UHGV virus genome: UHGV-0107473
Direction: 5' to 3' (one strand)
DNA from: a virus
Length of the DNA stretch: 41,402 nt
The notes below the pieces were generated by a model that ran no database searches, had not been told where the DNA came from, and saw only the letters and a list, made by a program, of their open reading frames with translations. A program made the position numbers and the translations under genes. Positions 1-7,282 of the stretch are shown one piece after another (position 1 is the stretch's first letter; each line of letters opens with the position of its first letter).

Positions 1-513
1 ACGTTCAGGAACGAAAGTAGAACGGTTTACCGACATAAATTTATCGTAAAGGTCGGACGTCGGATATTTTGTAAGTTCGTTCCATCCTAAAAATGGGTAT
101 TCGTGACCGTGAAAACCATCGTAATCTGCTGGCTTTTTAACGTGTCGAAATAATAATTCTTCGCCAGTAGGCCAAATCCATTTATAGGCGCTTGCCGATT
201 CTAAAAATTTAGCTTCCGGGAAAATAATCGGAAACCATTTTTTAGATTCGGTTACAAGGCCAGAAAGGTTATCAAACTCTCTATCGAAAATTACACCTTT
301 CCAGTATTTGCCATAGCCTAAACCAACACGACTAGCAAATCGCATTAATTGAGTTATCGTTTTACCGGGGCCGCGAGCGCCTTCATATAAAATATGTGAG
401 CAGGGGCAACTAATAGCTAATTCTTGCGAGCTATTAGGGATTGGTTGCCAACCTATTTCATAATTTACAGATTCGGCTATTTGACTAGGTTTAGTGTCGA
501 GTGTCGCTAACAT
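1..513 (-). CDS. Terminase large subunit, N-terminal ATPase part (wraps to the window end; continues at 41402..40329)
   Basis: My own translation of the minus strand from ATG 513..511 is open through base 1 (171 codons). It contains Walker A ILYEGARGPGKTI. It is in frame with the C-terminal piece at the window end. Confidence 0.8.
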   Translation of the reverse strand, partial: MLATLDTKPSQIAESVNYEIGWQPIPNSSQELAISCPCSHILYEGARGPGKTITQLMRFASRVGLGYGKYWKGVIFDREFDNLSGLVTESKKWFPIIFPEAKFLESASAYKWIWPTGEELLFRHVKKPADYDGFHGHEYPFLGWNELTKYPTSDLYDKFMSVNRSTFVPER

Positions 514-1024
514 TCAATAGCTCTTTTTGTTGTTTTTGCGCTGCTGATTCCCATTGGTCTAAATTGCCGTGGTCTTTAATAACTATTACTTTTGGCATAA
601 TTTGAGTATTAACAGTTACATTGGATTCTTTTTTAATAAACCCGTTAGATTCGGCATAAAGTTTAGCCAATTTTGCAAAATCGGAGTCGTCAAAAGATCT
701 TTTCATTCTATCCCAAACAGCCATTTTAAAATCGGTTTCTGTTGGTAAGAATGATTCGCCTGTTTTATCGTTATCTCGAATAGTTTGTTTAATAGCTAAA
801 ACTTCGGGGTCGTTAGGCCAATGCGCAGCAACCCATATAGCGCGATTGTTATTAGAAGGGAACATATCAAACGCTATCTTATAAGGGTCAGCGTCGGGCC
901 TTAACAGCCTAAGCGCGAAAGCTTCTTTTTGCTGACGTTCTAAATCTTTAGTATCGCTCATAAGAAAAAAGCCTTTGGTTAGTCGAGTATCATCAACTAT
1001 AAACCAAAGGCCGGGGAAAGTCAT
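491..1024 (-). CDS. Putative terminase small subunit (the true start may be the internal Met at 961)
   Basis: 177 aa ORF immediately upstream of TerL, overlapping it by 23 nt. The N-terminal region KDLERQQKEAFALRLL resembles the TerS HTH-like motif (LTxKQexF..eYl). Confidence 0.5.
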   Translation of the reverse strand: MTFPGLWFIVDDTRLTKGFFLMSDTKDLERQQKEAFALRLLRPDADPYKIAFDMFPSNNNRAIWVAAHWPNDPEVLAIKQTIRDNDKTGESFLPTETDFKMAVWDRMKRSFDDSDFAKLAKLYAESNGFIKKESNVTVNTQIMPKVIVIKDHGNLDQWESAAQKQQKELLNVSDTRH

Positions 1025-1296
1025 TTATTTTTAGAGCAGTTGGCTTTATATGCTCTATTGTGGGCTAATATCATTTTAGCCGTTTCGGGGCTTATTTCGC
1101 CTTCTTCTATTAATTTAATTTCATACTTAGTTAATGTTATTGGCTTAACCCATTTGCAAGCGGTATCAATAACTATTTTTTCAGTTGCTACCGCTTGCGG
1201 AATTGTCGTCGGATTTTGAATCGGAGCGCGACCAATCGCGGCGCAATTCGTCAGCAACGGAATTAATATCAGTGGAAATAACTTTATCGGTTTCAT
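1021..1296 (-). CDS. Putative o-spanin (Rz1-like), embedded in and overlapping the i-spanin gene in a different frame
   Basis: Signal-like N-terminus ending in LLTNC (weak lipobox, N at -1). Proline-rich mature part. Overlaps the 3' end of 1181..1522 in another frame. Its stop abuts the TerS start. Confidence 0.5.
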   Translation of the reverse strand: MKPIKLFPLILIPLLTNCAAIGRAPIQNPTTIPQAVATEKIVIDTACKWVKPITLTKYEIKLIEEGEISPETAKMILAHNRAYKANCSKNK

Positions 1297-1522
1297 CTTT
1301 AGCCGCCTTAACTGCGTTTAATTCACGTTCAGAGGCGGCGCGATTATTATTTATTTCGTTTACCGCTAAAGCCTCATTATCCGAAATTCTTTTGTTTGCG
1401 CTATCAACTTCATTTTCAGATTTACCGATTTTCTTTCCGGCAAAATAAATAGAAATTAAAGCGCCAAAAGCAACAATAATTCCAATTATATAAACTTTTA
1501 ATTTAGTCAATAGCGCTATCAT
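1181..1522 (-). CDS. Putative i-spanin (Rz-like), type II membrane protein
   Basis: N-terminal TM helix (YIIGIIVAFGALISIYFAG) followed by a charged coiled-coil periplasmic domain. Directly downstream of the endolysin. Confidence 0.6.
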   Translation of the reverse strand: MIALLTKLKVYIIGIIVAFGALISIYFAGKKIGKSENEVDSANKRISDNEALAVNEINNNRAASERELNAVKAAKDETDKVISTDINSVADELRRDWSRSDSKSDDNSASGSN

Positions 1523-1523
1523 T

Positions 1524-1991
1524 TTAAATCAGCCCTTTATAAGCGTCATAAGTTCCGGTTTTCATAACTTCAGCGTGACGTTTTGCACGTTCCGGCGTTT
1601 GTTTTGCCCACAAACTATTAAGCATCGCGTCGCCAGCTTTAGCATACTGTTCTTCGGCAATAAGGCGCAAAGTAGTTTTGAAATAATCAAGACCAGCAAC
1701 GCCCATTTGATAAGCCATCGAATAAAGGATATCGGCCCGAGCATCATTACACTTTAAAAGCGCTTTAGCAATATCGGGGCGCTTTTTCATTTCAGCGGTT
1801 TTTGTGTCGATCATATATTGTTTCCAAACATCGCCAACAACGCGAGGAACCGTAAACGTATAATTAGACAATGCCGCGCCTTTAGGCCCGATTTTAATTC
1901 CACCTGCGATTGTCGGATAGCCTTCGGTATCGCGATATACTTTTTCTTTATAGCCTTCTTCAAAATTAAGAATCGGAACTAACTTCGTCAT
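1524..1991 (-). CDS. Endolysin, GH24 T4-lysozyme-like
   Basis: NFEEGYKEKVYRDTEGYPTIAGGIKIG matches the phage lysozyme signature, with the catalytic Glu in EEGY. 155 aa. Confidence 0.85.
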   Translation of the reverse strand: MTKLVPILNFEEGYKEKVYRDTEGYPTIAGGIKIGPKGAALSNYTFTVPRVVGDVWKQYMIDTKTAEMKKRPDIAKALLKCNDARADILYSMAYQMGVAGLDYFKTTLRLIAEEQYAKAGDAMLNSLWAKQTPERAKRHAEVMKTGTYDAYKGLI

Positions 1992-2250
1992 TGTCTTTTC
2001 CTTTTAGATTTGACTGTTTAATCAGTCTTGCAAACATTGAAAGAATAAAAATACCTACGCCAATTAAAGGCGTGTACTTTTCAGGAATATAAGCCTTTAA
2101 ATCTGACGGAAGAAGGTTCCACGCATATAACGCAGCGTCAGGAGAAGCAATAAGAATAGAAGTTAATGTAGCGCCAATAGCGGCTAATCTCATTGACCAT
2201 AATTTGTGGGCCTGTTTCCATTCGGAAACTAATTGCACTTTTTTAGTCAT
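1966..2250 (-). CDS. Holin (two TM helices, charged C-terminus)
   Basis: 94 aa with two hydrophobic helices and a KGKDNDE tail. Overlaps the endolysin start by 26 nt. Confidence 0.65.
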   Translation of the reverse strand: MTKKVQLVSEWKQAHKLWSMRLAAIGATLTSILIASPDAALYAWNLLPSDLKAYIPEKYTPLIGVGIFILSMFARLIKQSNLKGKDNDEVSSDS

Positions 2251-2558
2251 TGCACTCTAGCCCCGCGAAGATATTTATCAACGTCTTGCTTTAGCGAATC
2301 AATATCCTTTGTGTTAGCGTCAGTTTTAACGGAAATTGAATCGACGCGACCGCCAAGAATTAAAACGTTTTGGTTAACTGTATTAAAAGAATCGTTTTGT
2401 TTTTCCAGACGCTCGTTAATTTTATCGAATGTGTTAATGAGAGAATCGACTTTGACATATAATCCGCCAAGCGAAAATATAATAGCGGCGGCGCATCCAA
2501 TTAACCACGGTAAAGGTAATTTAGTTTCGATAACGGTTTGCTTATTTTGGTCGCTCAT
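2247..2558 (-). CDS. Membrane-anchored coiled-coil protein, first gene of the lysis cassette (antiholin or lysis regulator candidate)
   Basis: N-terminal TM (PWLIGCAAAIIFSLGGLYV) then a coiled-coil. ATGA overlap with the holin start. Confidence 0.4.
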   Translation of the reverse strand: MSDQNKQTVIETKLPLPWLIGCAAAIIFSLGGLYVKVDSLINTFDKINERLEKQNDSFNTVNQNVLILGGRVDSISVKTDANTKDIDSLKQDVDKYLRGARVQ

Positions 2559-2587
2559 TGCGATATATCCGTTTTGGGAGTTTTCCC

Positions 2588-2617
2588 AAATATAGCGCGG
2601 CGATTAAGGCGGGTCAA
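2588..2617 (-). promoter_or_regulatory. Sigma70-like promoter reading into the lysis/late genes (-35 TTGACC, 17 nt spacer, -10 TATATT)
   Basis: The minus strand reads TTGACCcgccttaatcgccgcgcTATATT, about 30 nt upstream of ATG 2558. Confidence 0.5.
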
Positions 2618-2659
2618 AAAGAAAAGCCCCGGTAACATATAAAATGTTCATCCGGGGCT
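2616..2659 (-). terminator. Rho-independent terminator after the 2739..3290 gene
   Basis: agccccgg (19 nt loop) ccggggct hairpin, followed on the minus strand by tttcttttt. Confidence 0.65.
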
Positions 2660-2738
2660 AAGTAAATCAAGCACAGCGCAAACCCTACTACTCAACCTAA
2701 CAAGGTTAACTGTACTTGATAGACCAGGCTAACGCAAA

Positions 2739-3290
2739 TTAGATTGCGACGCGACCTACGCGAACGCCGTCACCGTCGATAGTTGCGGCAAAGTTGCGGC
2801 TATAAACTTTAACCGGAACCACTTCGCCAGAACGATTAGTTTTGGTGTCAGTCGGGTGCGGTTCGCTGAATTTGTCTTTAGCGCCAGCGATATTGGATTG
2901 AAGTTTTTTCAGCAGTTCTTCCGGCGTCTGACCTTCTTCACACGGTACGCGGAAAGATTGGCCGATTTCCAGTTTTTCGAACGGATATTTCATGGAACGG
3001 CCAGCGGCACCACGGCGCGACGGCGTAACGGCAACGTCTTCGATTTCAAACATGTTAGATTTTACCTTTTTCGGGGCCGGGGCGGCGGCTTCATTTTCGG
3101 TAAGCGGAGTGATCGAGCGAACGGCTACACGGCCTTCTGCGTCGGTCATTTCGCGGTTAATTTCGGCTTTGCCTTCTTTTTCCAGCGCTTCGGCGATATC
3201 GACGGTCTGATAAGAAAAACCAGCTTCGGCGGTTTCAGCTACAACGGTAGAAAACGCAGCGGCGAGAATTGCTTTGGTGATTTTAGCCAT
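2739..3290 (-). CDS. Moron-like secreted protein (predicted signal peptide), GC-rich relative to the genome
   Basis: N-terminus MAKITKAILAAAFSTVVAETAEA looks like a Sec signal with an AXA site. Local GC is about 55% against about 40% for the genome. Flanked by its own promoter and terminator. Shares the YPF-x-x-L-x-IG-x-x-F motif with ORF 7486..7761. Confidence 0.6.
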   Translation of the reverse strand: MAKITKAILAAAFSTVVAETAEAGFSYQTVDIAEALEKEGKAEINREMTDAEGRVAVRSITPLTENEAAAPAPKKVKSNMFEIEDVAVTPSRRGAAGRSMKYPFEKLEIGQSFRVPCEEGQTPEELLKKLQSNIAGAKDKFSEPHPTDTKTNRSGEVVPVKVYSRNFAATIDGDGVRVGRVAI

Positions 3291-3349
3291 TTTATAAATT
3301 CCTGTTAGGTTGATTGAAAAATGTTTTCGTGTTTCGTTCAGTGAATGTA

Positions 3350-3378
3350 ACTTTAAACTAGTCGGTTTTCGTTGTCAA
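3350..3378 (-). promoter_or_regulatory. Sigma70-like promoter for the moron gene (-35 TTGACA, 17 nt, -10 TAAAGT)
   Basis: The minus strand reads TTGACAacgaaaaccgactagttTAAAGT. An RBS (aggaa) lies 10 nt before ATG 3290. Confidence 0.5.
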
Positions 3379-3391
3379 CATCGATTTTAAA

Positions 3392-3760
3392 TTATTTTCT
3401 TCTCCTCCCCACATTATAAGCTTTCAAATCGGCGGTTACTTCTTTGCTTAACGACGCAAGACCGACAGAAGCGGCGCGTATGCCGTTTTGTGCGATAATA
3501 TCGACTTCGCGTATAAAGCCAGCGTTAACCAAATCAGCGTCGAGATTCAGCCTGTTTTCAAGCTGGTTAATTAGCTTAACGATATTGCACAAACAATGCT
3601 GCATATGCAAAGACGATTCGATAACGTTTTGCAAATCAGGGTTAACCCGGCTCAAGTCGATAAGCGGCAAGTAATCGGGCCAAGTTCGAGATTTTGTAAA
3701 AAGCCATTCGTTATCGGGATTGATTACAAAATCCATCGATTCGAGGTCTGAAGGTTTCAT
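3392..3760 (-). CDS. Hypothetical protein (122 aa from Met MKPSDL)
   Basis: The ORF-track ORF 3392..3826 overlaps the upstream 27-aa peptide. The internal Met at 3760 sits in a TAATGA overlap with that peptide's stop. Confidence 0.5.
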   Translation of the reverse strand: MKPSDLESMDFVINPDNEWLFTKSRTWPDYLPLIDLSRVNPDLQNVIESSLHMQHCLCNIVKLINQLENRLNLDADLVNAGFIREVDIIAQNGIRAASVGLASLSKEVTADLKAYNVGRRRK

Positions 3761-3843
3761 TACGCCACCAAAGCGTAAACAATACCGCCCCAAAACATAG
3801 CCAAACCAACAAAAATTAAACGCCAAACGATATATCGTGCCAT
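3760..3843 (-). CDS. 27-aa hydrophobic peptide MARYIVWRLIFVGLAMFWGGIVYALVA (single TM)
   Basis: Strong SD (GGAGGG) 8 nt upstream of the ATG. A promoter lies just upstream. Translationally coupled to the next gene. Confidence 0.45.
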   Translation of the reverse strand: MARYIVWRLIFVGLAMFWGGIVYALVA

Positions 3844-3874
3844 TGCGAAGCCCTCCGATTTAGTCTATGAACTA

Positions 3875-3902
3875 ACTATAGCATAACGAATCGAGAATGC
3901 AA
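3875..3902 (-). promoter_or_regulatory. Sigma70-like promoter (-35 TTGCAT, 16 nt, -10 TATAGT)
   Basis: The minus strand reads TTGCATtctcgattcgttatgcTATAGT, about 30 nt upstream of the small-peptide ATG. Confidence 0.45.
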
Positions 3903-3908
3903 GCGTTT

Positions 3909-4115
3909 TTATACAATATCTAAACGTTTTTCCATTCGTTTTAGGTATCGTAACAATGCAACGTCGGTATCTTTCTTGCATACGAACGTGTTATTGTTTG
4001 GCCCCATTATCCGATATAACAAAAAAGTTCCGTTTCTTGCGACAACAAAACAATTTTGTTTCTTGGCAAAATGGCGGCATAGTCTTAGCTCTTTAGTTTC
4101 GGTTTTAGGATTCAT
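3909..4115 (-). CDS. Hypothetical 68 aa (uncertain; overlaps a predicted promoter)
   Basis: ORF track. AGGA RBS 10 nt upstream. Confidence 0.25.
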   Translation of the reverse strand: MNPKTETKELRLCRHFAKKQNCFVVARNGTFLLYRIMGPNNNTFVCKKDTDVALLRYLKRMEKRLDIV

Positions 4116-4305
4116 AATTAGTTATCCTGTGAGGGTCAAAAGGTGGAATCTTGTTCCATCGATATATTTCCCCGTCAGATTCATAGTATTTTTCGCCGAA
4201 TCTGTTGGATAGAAAAGTGCATATGCGAGAAAGCGACCAACCTTCATTAAGAAGGCCAGCCGCTAAAAATCGCGCTTTTCGTAGTTCACATTTAGTGCAA
4301 TTCAT
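4105..4305 (-). CDS. Hypothetical 66 aa
   Basis: ORF track. Within the compact minus-strand early gene string. Confidence 0.3.
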   Translation of the reverse strand: MNCTKCELRKARFLAAGLLNEGWSLSRICTFLSNRFGEKYYESDGEIYRWNKIPPFDPHRITNYES

Positions 4306-4468
4306 CGGCCTTAGTTACCCGTTGAATAGCTTCAGTTAAAAGCCGCAAATTATCGCGAGATAAGTTTAACATTTCGACGTCTTCAGGTTCTACAGCAACT
4401 TCGTTAAGACGCTTGTTAATGTTGGCTTCATTGGCTTTAATTTTAGCGAGAAGTTCGATTAGCTTCAT
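4292..4468 (-). CDS. Hypothetical 58 aa, coiled-coil-like (MKLIELLAKIKANEANINKRL...), not in the ORF track because it is under 60 aa
   Basis: My own translation of the minus strand from ATG 4468. Fills the gap between neighbouring ORFs. Confidence 0.4.
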   Translation of the reverse strand: MKLIELLAKIKANEANINKRLNEVAVEPEDVEMLNLSRDNLRLLTEAIQRVTKADELH

Positions 4469-4473
4469 TAATG

Positions 4474-4668
4474 TTATTCCAAATCAAAAGGATTTACTAA
4501 AATAGAAACATCGACAAAAGGAGTAGGGTTTTCGCCTATCTGCTGTAAAGTTCCAATATCTATATCTATAAAAGCGCCGTCTTTTACTGCGAGTTGAATA
4601 GCATTATTTAGCTCACTGGCTAATTTTTTAATATTTGCTGAATGGTTAAGAGCTTCGTTTAAATTCAT
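4474..4668 (-). CDS. Hypothetical 64 aa
   Basis: ORF track. ATGA-type overlap with the next gene. Confidence 0.4.
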   Translation of the reverse strand: MNLNEALNHSANIKKLASELNNAIQLAVKDGAFIDIDIGTLQQIGENPTPFVDVSILVNPFDLE

Positions 4669-4865
4669 TTTAATAACCTTTTAAATAAAATGTGGGATTC
4701 GAAAGTTTCAGTTTTGCAAATGAAACCTTTATCGATAAGTCGATTTCTTATTATCTTGTGAGTGTTAACCCCGCCTAAAACAGATTTTAATACAGGAACC
4801 CTATTACGGCCTAACGAAAATCTAAATTCGATTTGTTCGGTTAGCCAATCGATATGGGTTATCAT
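4665..4865 (-). CDS. Hypothetical 66 aa
   Basis: ORF track. Confidence 0.4.
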   Translation of the reverse strand: MITHIDWLTEQIEFRFSLGRNRVPVLKSVLGGVNTHKIIRNRLIDKGFICKTETFESHILFKRLLK

Positions 4866-4873
4866 AATTAAAC

Positions 4874-5200
4874 CTAAATACCAAAATTAGGAATTATTTC
4901 GTTTGGGTCTCGCCCCGCTGCCTTCCATCCTCGGGCATATTCCATAGCCTGTATAGCATCCATCCAGCCGCCACAATTAGAGCATTTAAGCTTTAATTTA
5001 AACGGCAAAGGCGCGTCAGGAACAATAAACGAATGTTGTTTGCAATTGTTAAGCGCTTCACGATTCGCCTTTATCTGATTATAAATCCCTTGCGGGTCGT
5101 CAAAATTAATATGCGGATTACTCGGATTCGCCATCGTCACAATCCTCGCTATCTTCGCTAAATAATCTTGCTGAATTAAGATGTTCGCTAATTCCACCAA
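4874..5200 (-). CDS. Hypothetical protein (likely starts at the internal Met MANPSN, about 5134)
   Basis: The ORF overlaps the upstream gene by 83 nt unless the internal start is used. Contains a CSNCGGW motif. Confidence 0.4.
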   Translation of the reverse strand: MVELANILIQQDYLAKIARIVTMANPSNPHINFDDPQGIYNQIKANREALNNCKQHSFIVPDAPLPFKLKLKCSNCGGWMDAIQAMEYARGWKAAGRDPNEIIPNFGI

Positions 5201-5312
5201 AACCAGTTAGTGAACCGGTTTCCTCGCTTAACATTAAAATTTTCTTATCGCCTAACGTTGGCGATTCGTCTACAGCTTCTTGTAGAAATTCGATAAGTTC
5301 GCTAACAGTCAT
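5118..5312 (-). CDS. Acidic hypothetical protein, 64 aa (MTVSELIEFL...SEDSEDCDDGESE)
   Basis: The internal Met at 5312 lies 1 nt after the VRR-NUC stop. Acidic C-terminus. Confidence 0.4.
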   Translation of the reverse strand: MTVSELIEFLQEAVDESPTLGDKKILMLSEETGSLTGFGGISEHLNSARLFSEDSEDCDDGESE

Positions 5313-5313
5313 T

Positions 5314-5883
5314 TTAAAACCCTCGTTTACAATATTCGCGTAAATACCCGATTGCTTCAATGTAATTATAGCAAACTACAGCGACATAGCCAGCGGTTTT
5401 AGCATAGTTTATAAATTCTTTTTGTGATTCTCTAACGCCGCCTTTTGAAGTTGCTCTAACTGGCCTTTCGCTAGGCTTTTTCATTTCAATATAAAGCCCA
5501 CATACTAAAGCAAATCCGCCTAAAATTTTTGGTGTAACATGGTCGCCGAATGTTTCAAAATCGGACTGGTCAACGAGTTTAGGCGCGGGCAAATAAATAT
5601 CTAAAACGCCGTCTTTAACACCTTCGGCTTTCAGCTTGGCACCTCGAATCATGCGCGACTTTTCACTATCGCCGCGACTACCGCCGTTAGGGATATGGTG
5701 AAGCCAGCGCAATTCGTAAATAGCATCGGTAGTTCCATAAACCTGTTCGGCATAACCCGGTTCTTTATAGCATCGCTCATCGTCTGCCGCTTCGATGCCG
5801 TGACGCGCCGCCATATTGGCCCAGCAAAAAACGGCCTGTTGGTGGCTGGATTCGCTTTCTTTAGCGAGTTGGGAAGGGGTCAT
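5314..5883 (-). CDS. VRR-NUC domain nuclease (PD-(D/E)XK)
   Basis: GVLDIYLPAP...GLYIEMKKP...GYVAVVCYNYIEAIGYL fits the D...E.K core of VRR-NUC. Confidence 0.55.
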   Translation of the reverse strand: MTPSQLAKESESSHQQAVFCWANMAARHGIEAADDERCYKEPGYAEQVYGTTDAIYELRWLHHIPNGGSRGDSEKSRMIRGAKLKAEGVKDGVLDIYLPAPKLVDQSDFETFGDHVTPKILGGFALVCGLYIEMKKPSERPVRATSKGGVRESQKEFINYAKTAGYVAVVCYNYIEAIGYLREYCKRGF

Positions 5884-6080
5884 TTTAACTTACCTTTGTC
5901 AAATAGCGAATTGCCTTTAATTTTACTAAATGATTCGCGTTGTAGAACTAGCTGAACTTCAACGCCATTATATGTAAACAAATGGTAGGCGCTTTCAGTA
6001 ACGTAAGGCGGTTCGCGTGACATATCGGCCACGGCTTCTTCTACAAAATGCGGCAAGCTTTCTAAAGGTCGTTTAGCCAT
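5880..6080 (-). CDS. Hypothetical 66 aa
   Basis: ORF track. Confidence 0.4.
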   Translation of the reverse strand: MAKRPLESLPHFVEEAVADMSREPPYVTESAYHLFTYNGVEVQLVLQRESFSKIKGNSLFDKGKLK

Positions 6081-6258
6081 TTCGGTTTTTCCTTAAATAA
6101 TTTAAACGATTAATATAGCAATACGCCATAATAAAATCGGCCTTATGTCTAAAGAATGGTTTTGGCATTGGGCTAACATGCCAATAACCAGCGTGTAAAT
6201 AAATATGTGGTTTGGCGTGTTGTGTAGTTCTTAAATCAATCTGTTTTTGCGTCAACAT
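6073..6258 (-). CDS. Hypothetical 61 aa
   Basis: ORF track. Confidence 0.35.
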   Translation of the reverse strand: MLTQKQIDLRTTQHAKPHIYLHAGYWHVSPMPKPFFRHKADFIMAYCYINRLNYLRKNRNG

Positions 6259-6442
6259 TTATTTTACCCAATATCTTTAATACTTCGCTATCGTTACCGC
6301 GACGGCCTTTCGGTTTCATATATCGCCGTATTTTATAGCAAAGCTTACAGCGAGTCGAACGGCCTGTTTTGCGAGCCGCATCGCGAAAGAATTCGGCTTC
6401 CTCTTTGGTTTCTAAGCAAAGAGTACATGTTATAAAATTCAT
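6236..6442 (-). CDS. Small Cys4 zinc-ribbon protein
   Basis: CTLC...CKLC, basic, 68 aa. Confidence 0.4.
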   Translation of the reverse strand: MNFITCTLCLETKEEAEFFRDAARKTGRSTRCKLCYKIRRYMKPKGRRGNDSEVLKILGKINVDAKTD

Positions 6443-6723
6443 TAAAAATATTCTACGGTTAAGTAAACAACAATCATTGTAAAAACAATTGTAATTGAAA
6501 TTACTGCTAATGTAAAGCCAATAATATTAGGTTTTTCGTTATGAACATGGTTTAAACTTTCGGCTAATGCTTCAGCAAAGCCATTATTCCAAGCATCGCA
6601 AGCAACAGGACTAAGCATAGCCGAATAAGGATTATCGCTATAATATCCGTTAGCGTGATAGCATTCGTATCCTTTTTTGTATGCAGTATCGATATCATCA
6701 AACAAACTGTTTTTGTCAATCAT
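6442..6723 (-). CDS. Rmf-like (ribosome modulation factor-like) domain protein with a C-terminal TM helix
   Basis: AYKKGYECYHANGYYSDNPYSAMLSPVACDAWNNGFAEAL parallels Rmf's AHQRGYQAGIAGRSKEMCPYQTLNQRSQWLGGWREAM. The C-terminus IIGFTLAVISITIVFTMIVVYL is hydrophobic. Confidence 0.4.
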   Translation of the reverse strand: MIDKNSLFDDIDTAYKKGYECYHANGYYSDNPYSAMLSPVACDAWNNGFAEALAESLNHVHNEKPNIIGFTLAVISITIVFTMIVVYLTVEYF

Positions 6724-6857
6724 TTGCCCATTTCCTTCGCAAAATAATAAGTTTTAAGAATCGCCATAGCTACACGCCAAGATGAATCGTCTTTTTCTGA
6801 AGCCGCACGTTTGGCGGCATCTTGAGCAACAGCAAACAAAGACTCGGAAAGTTTCAT
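6720..6857 (-). CDS. Hypothetical 45 aa (MKLSESLFAVAQDAAKRAASEKDD...), not in the ORF track
   Basis: My own translation. GAGGG RBS. ATGA overlap with the downstream gene. Confidence 0.35.
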   Translation of the reverse strand: MKLSESLFAVAQDAAKRAASEKDDSSWRVAMAILKTYYFAKEMGK

Positions 6858-6859
6858 AA

Positions 6860-6985
6860 TCAAAAACCCTCGCATTCGAAAATATCAAAGTCGTCGCGTT
6901 CTTCTACTTCTTCGACTTCGCAATCGTCGAAATAGTCCCAATCAGAATCGTAAGAACGAACGTCGCGCGGTAATTTCTTAGTCAT
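6860..6985 (-). CDS. Very acidic 41-aa protein (MTKKLPRDVRSYDSDWDYFDDCEVEEVEERDDFDIFECEGF), DNA-mimic or anti-restriction candidate
   Basis: My own translation. GAGGA RBS 9 nt upstream. About 45% D/E with aromatic residues. Confidence 0.4.
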   Translation of the reverse strand: MTKKLPRDVRSYDSDWDYFDDCEVEEVEERDDFDIFECEGF

Positions 6986-7028
6986 TTTCGAATCCTCGTT
7001 TTGTCTTGATGTGATAATTATCGTCTAT

Positions 7029-7271
7029 TCAATCGCCTTTGTCAACAGCTTTTAGAACATTTTTTCTTTCGTATTTAACTACGGCTATCTTATCGTCTGA
7101 CGCAAGCGACAATTTAACGTCAGTGTAGGAGTGTTTCACATACAAAAATTCAGACCAGCTATAAAGGCGTATGTAGGTCTTGCCTTCGAATCTGCCCACA
7201 TTACTAATGTCGCGAACATCTACTAAAATAGTTTCGTCGTCAGTGTCTACAACTTCGAGCCAGTCAGCCAT
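7029..7271 (-). CDS. Hypothetical 80 aa
   Basis: ORF track. Confidence 0.4.
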   Translation of the reverse strand: MADWLEVVDTDDETILVDVRDISNVGRFEGKTYIRLYSWSEFLYVKHSYTDVKLSLASDDKIAVVKYERKNVLKAVDKGD

Positions 7272-7282
7272 TTTTGACCGCC

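Noticed and set aside
2856-3308. Plus-strand ORFs (150 aa and 72 aa) antisense to the moron gene; likewise 37511..38029 antisense to the capsid gene, and several plus-strand ORFs inside the tape measure gene
   Set aside because: They are open only because the opposite strand is GC-rich and coding. No RBS, and they overlap strongly supported genes.
6985-6997. tRNA-like T-loop sequence TTCGAATCC
   Set aside because: No acceptor stem, D-arm or anticodon arm can be built around it. It lies in the RBS/spacer region of a small ORF. I found no convincing tRNA anywhere in the window.
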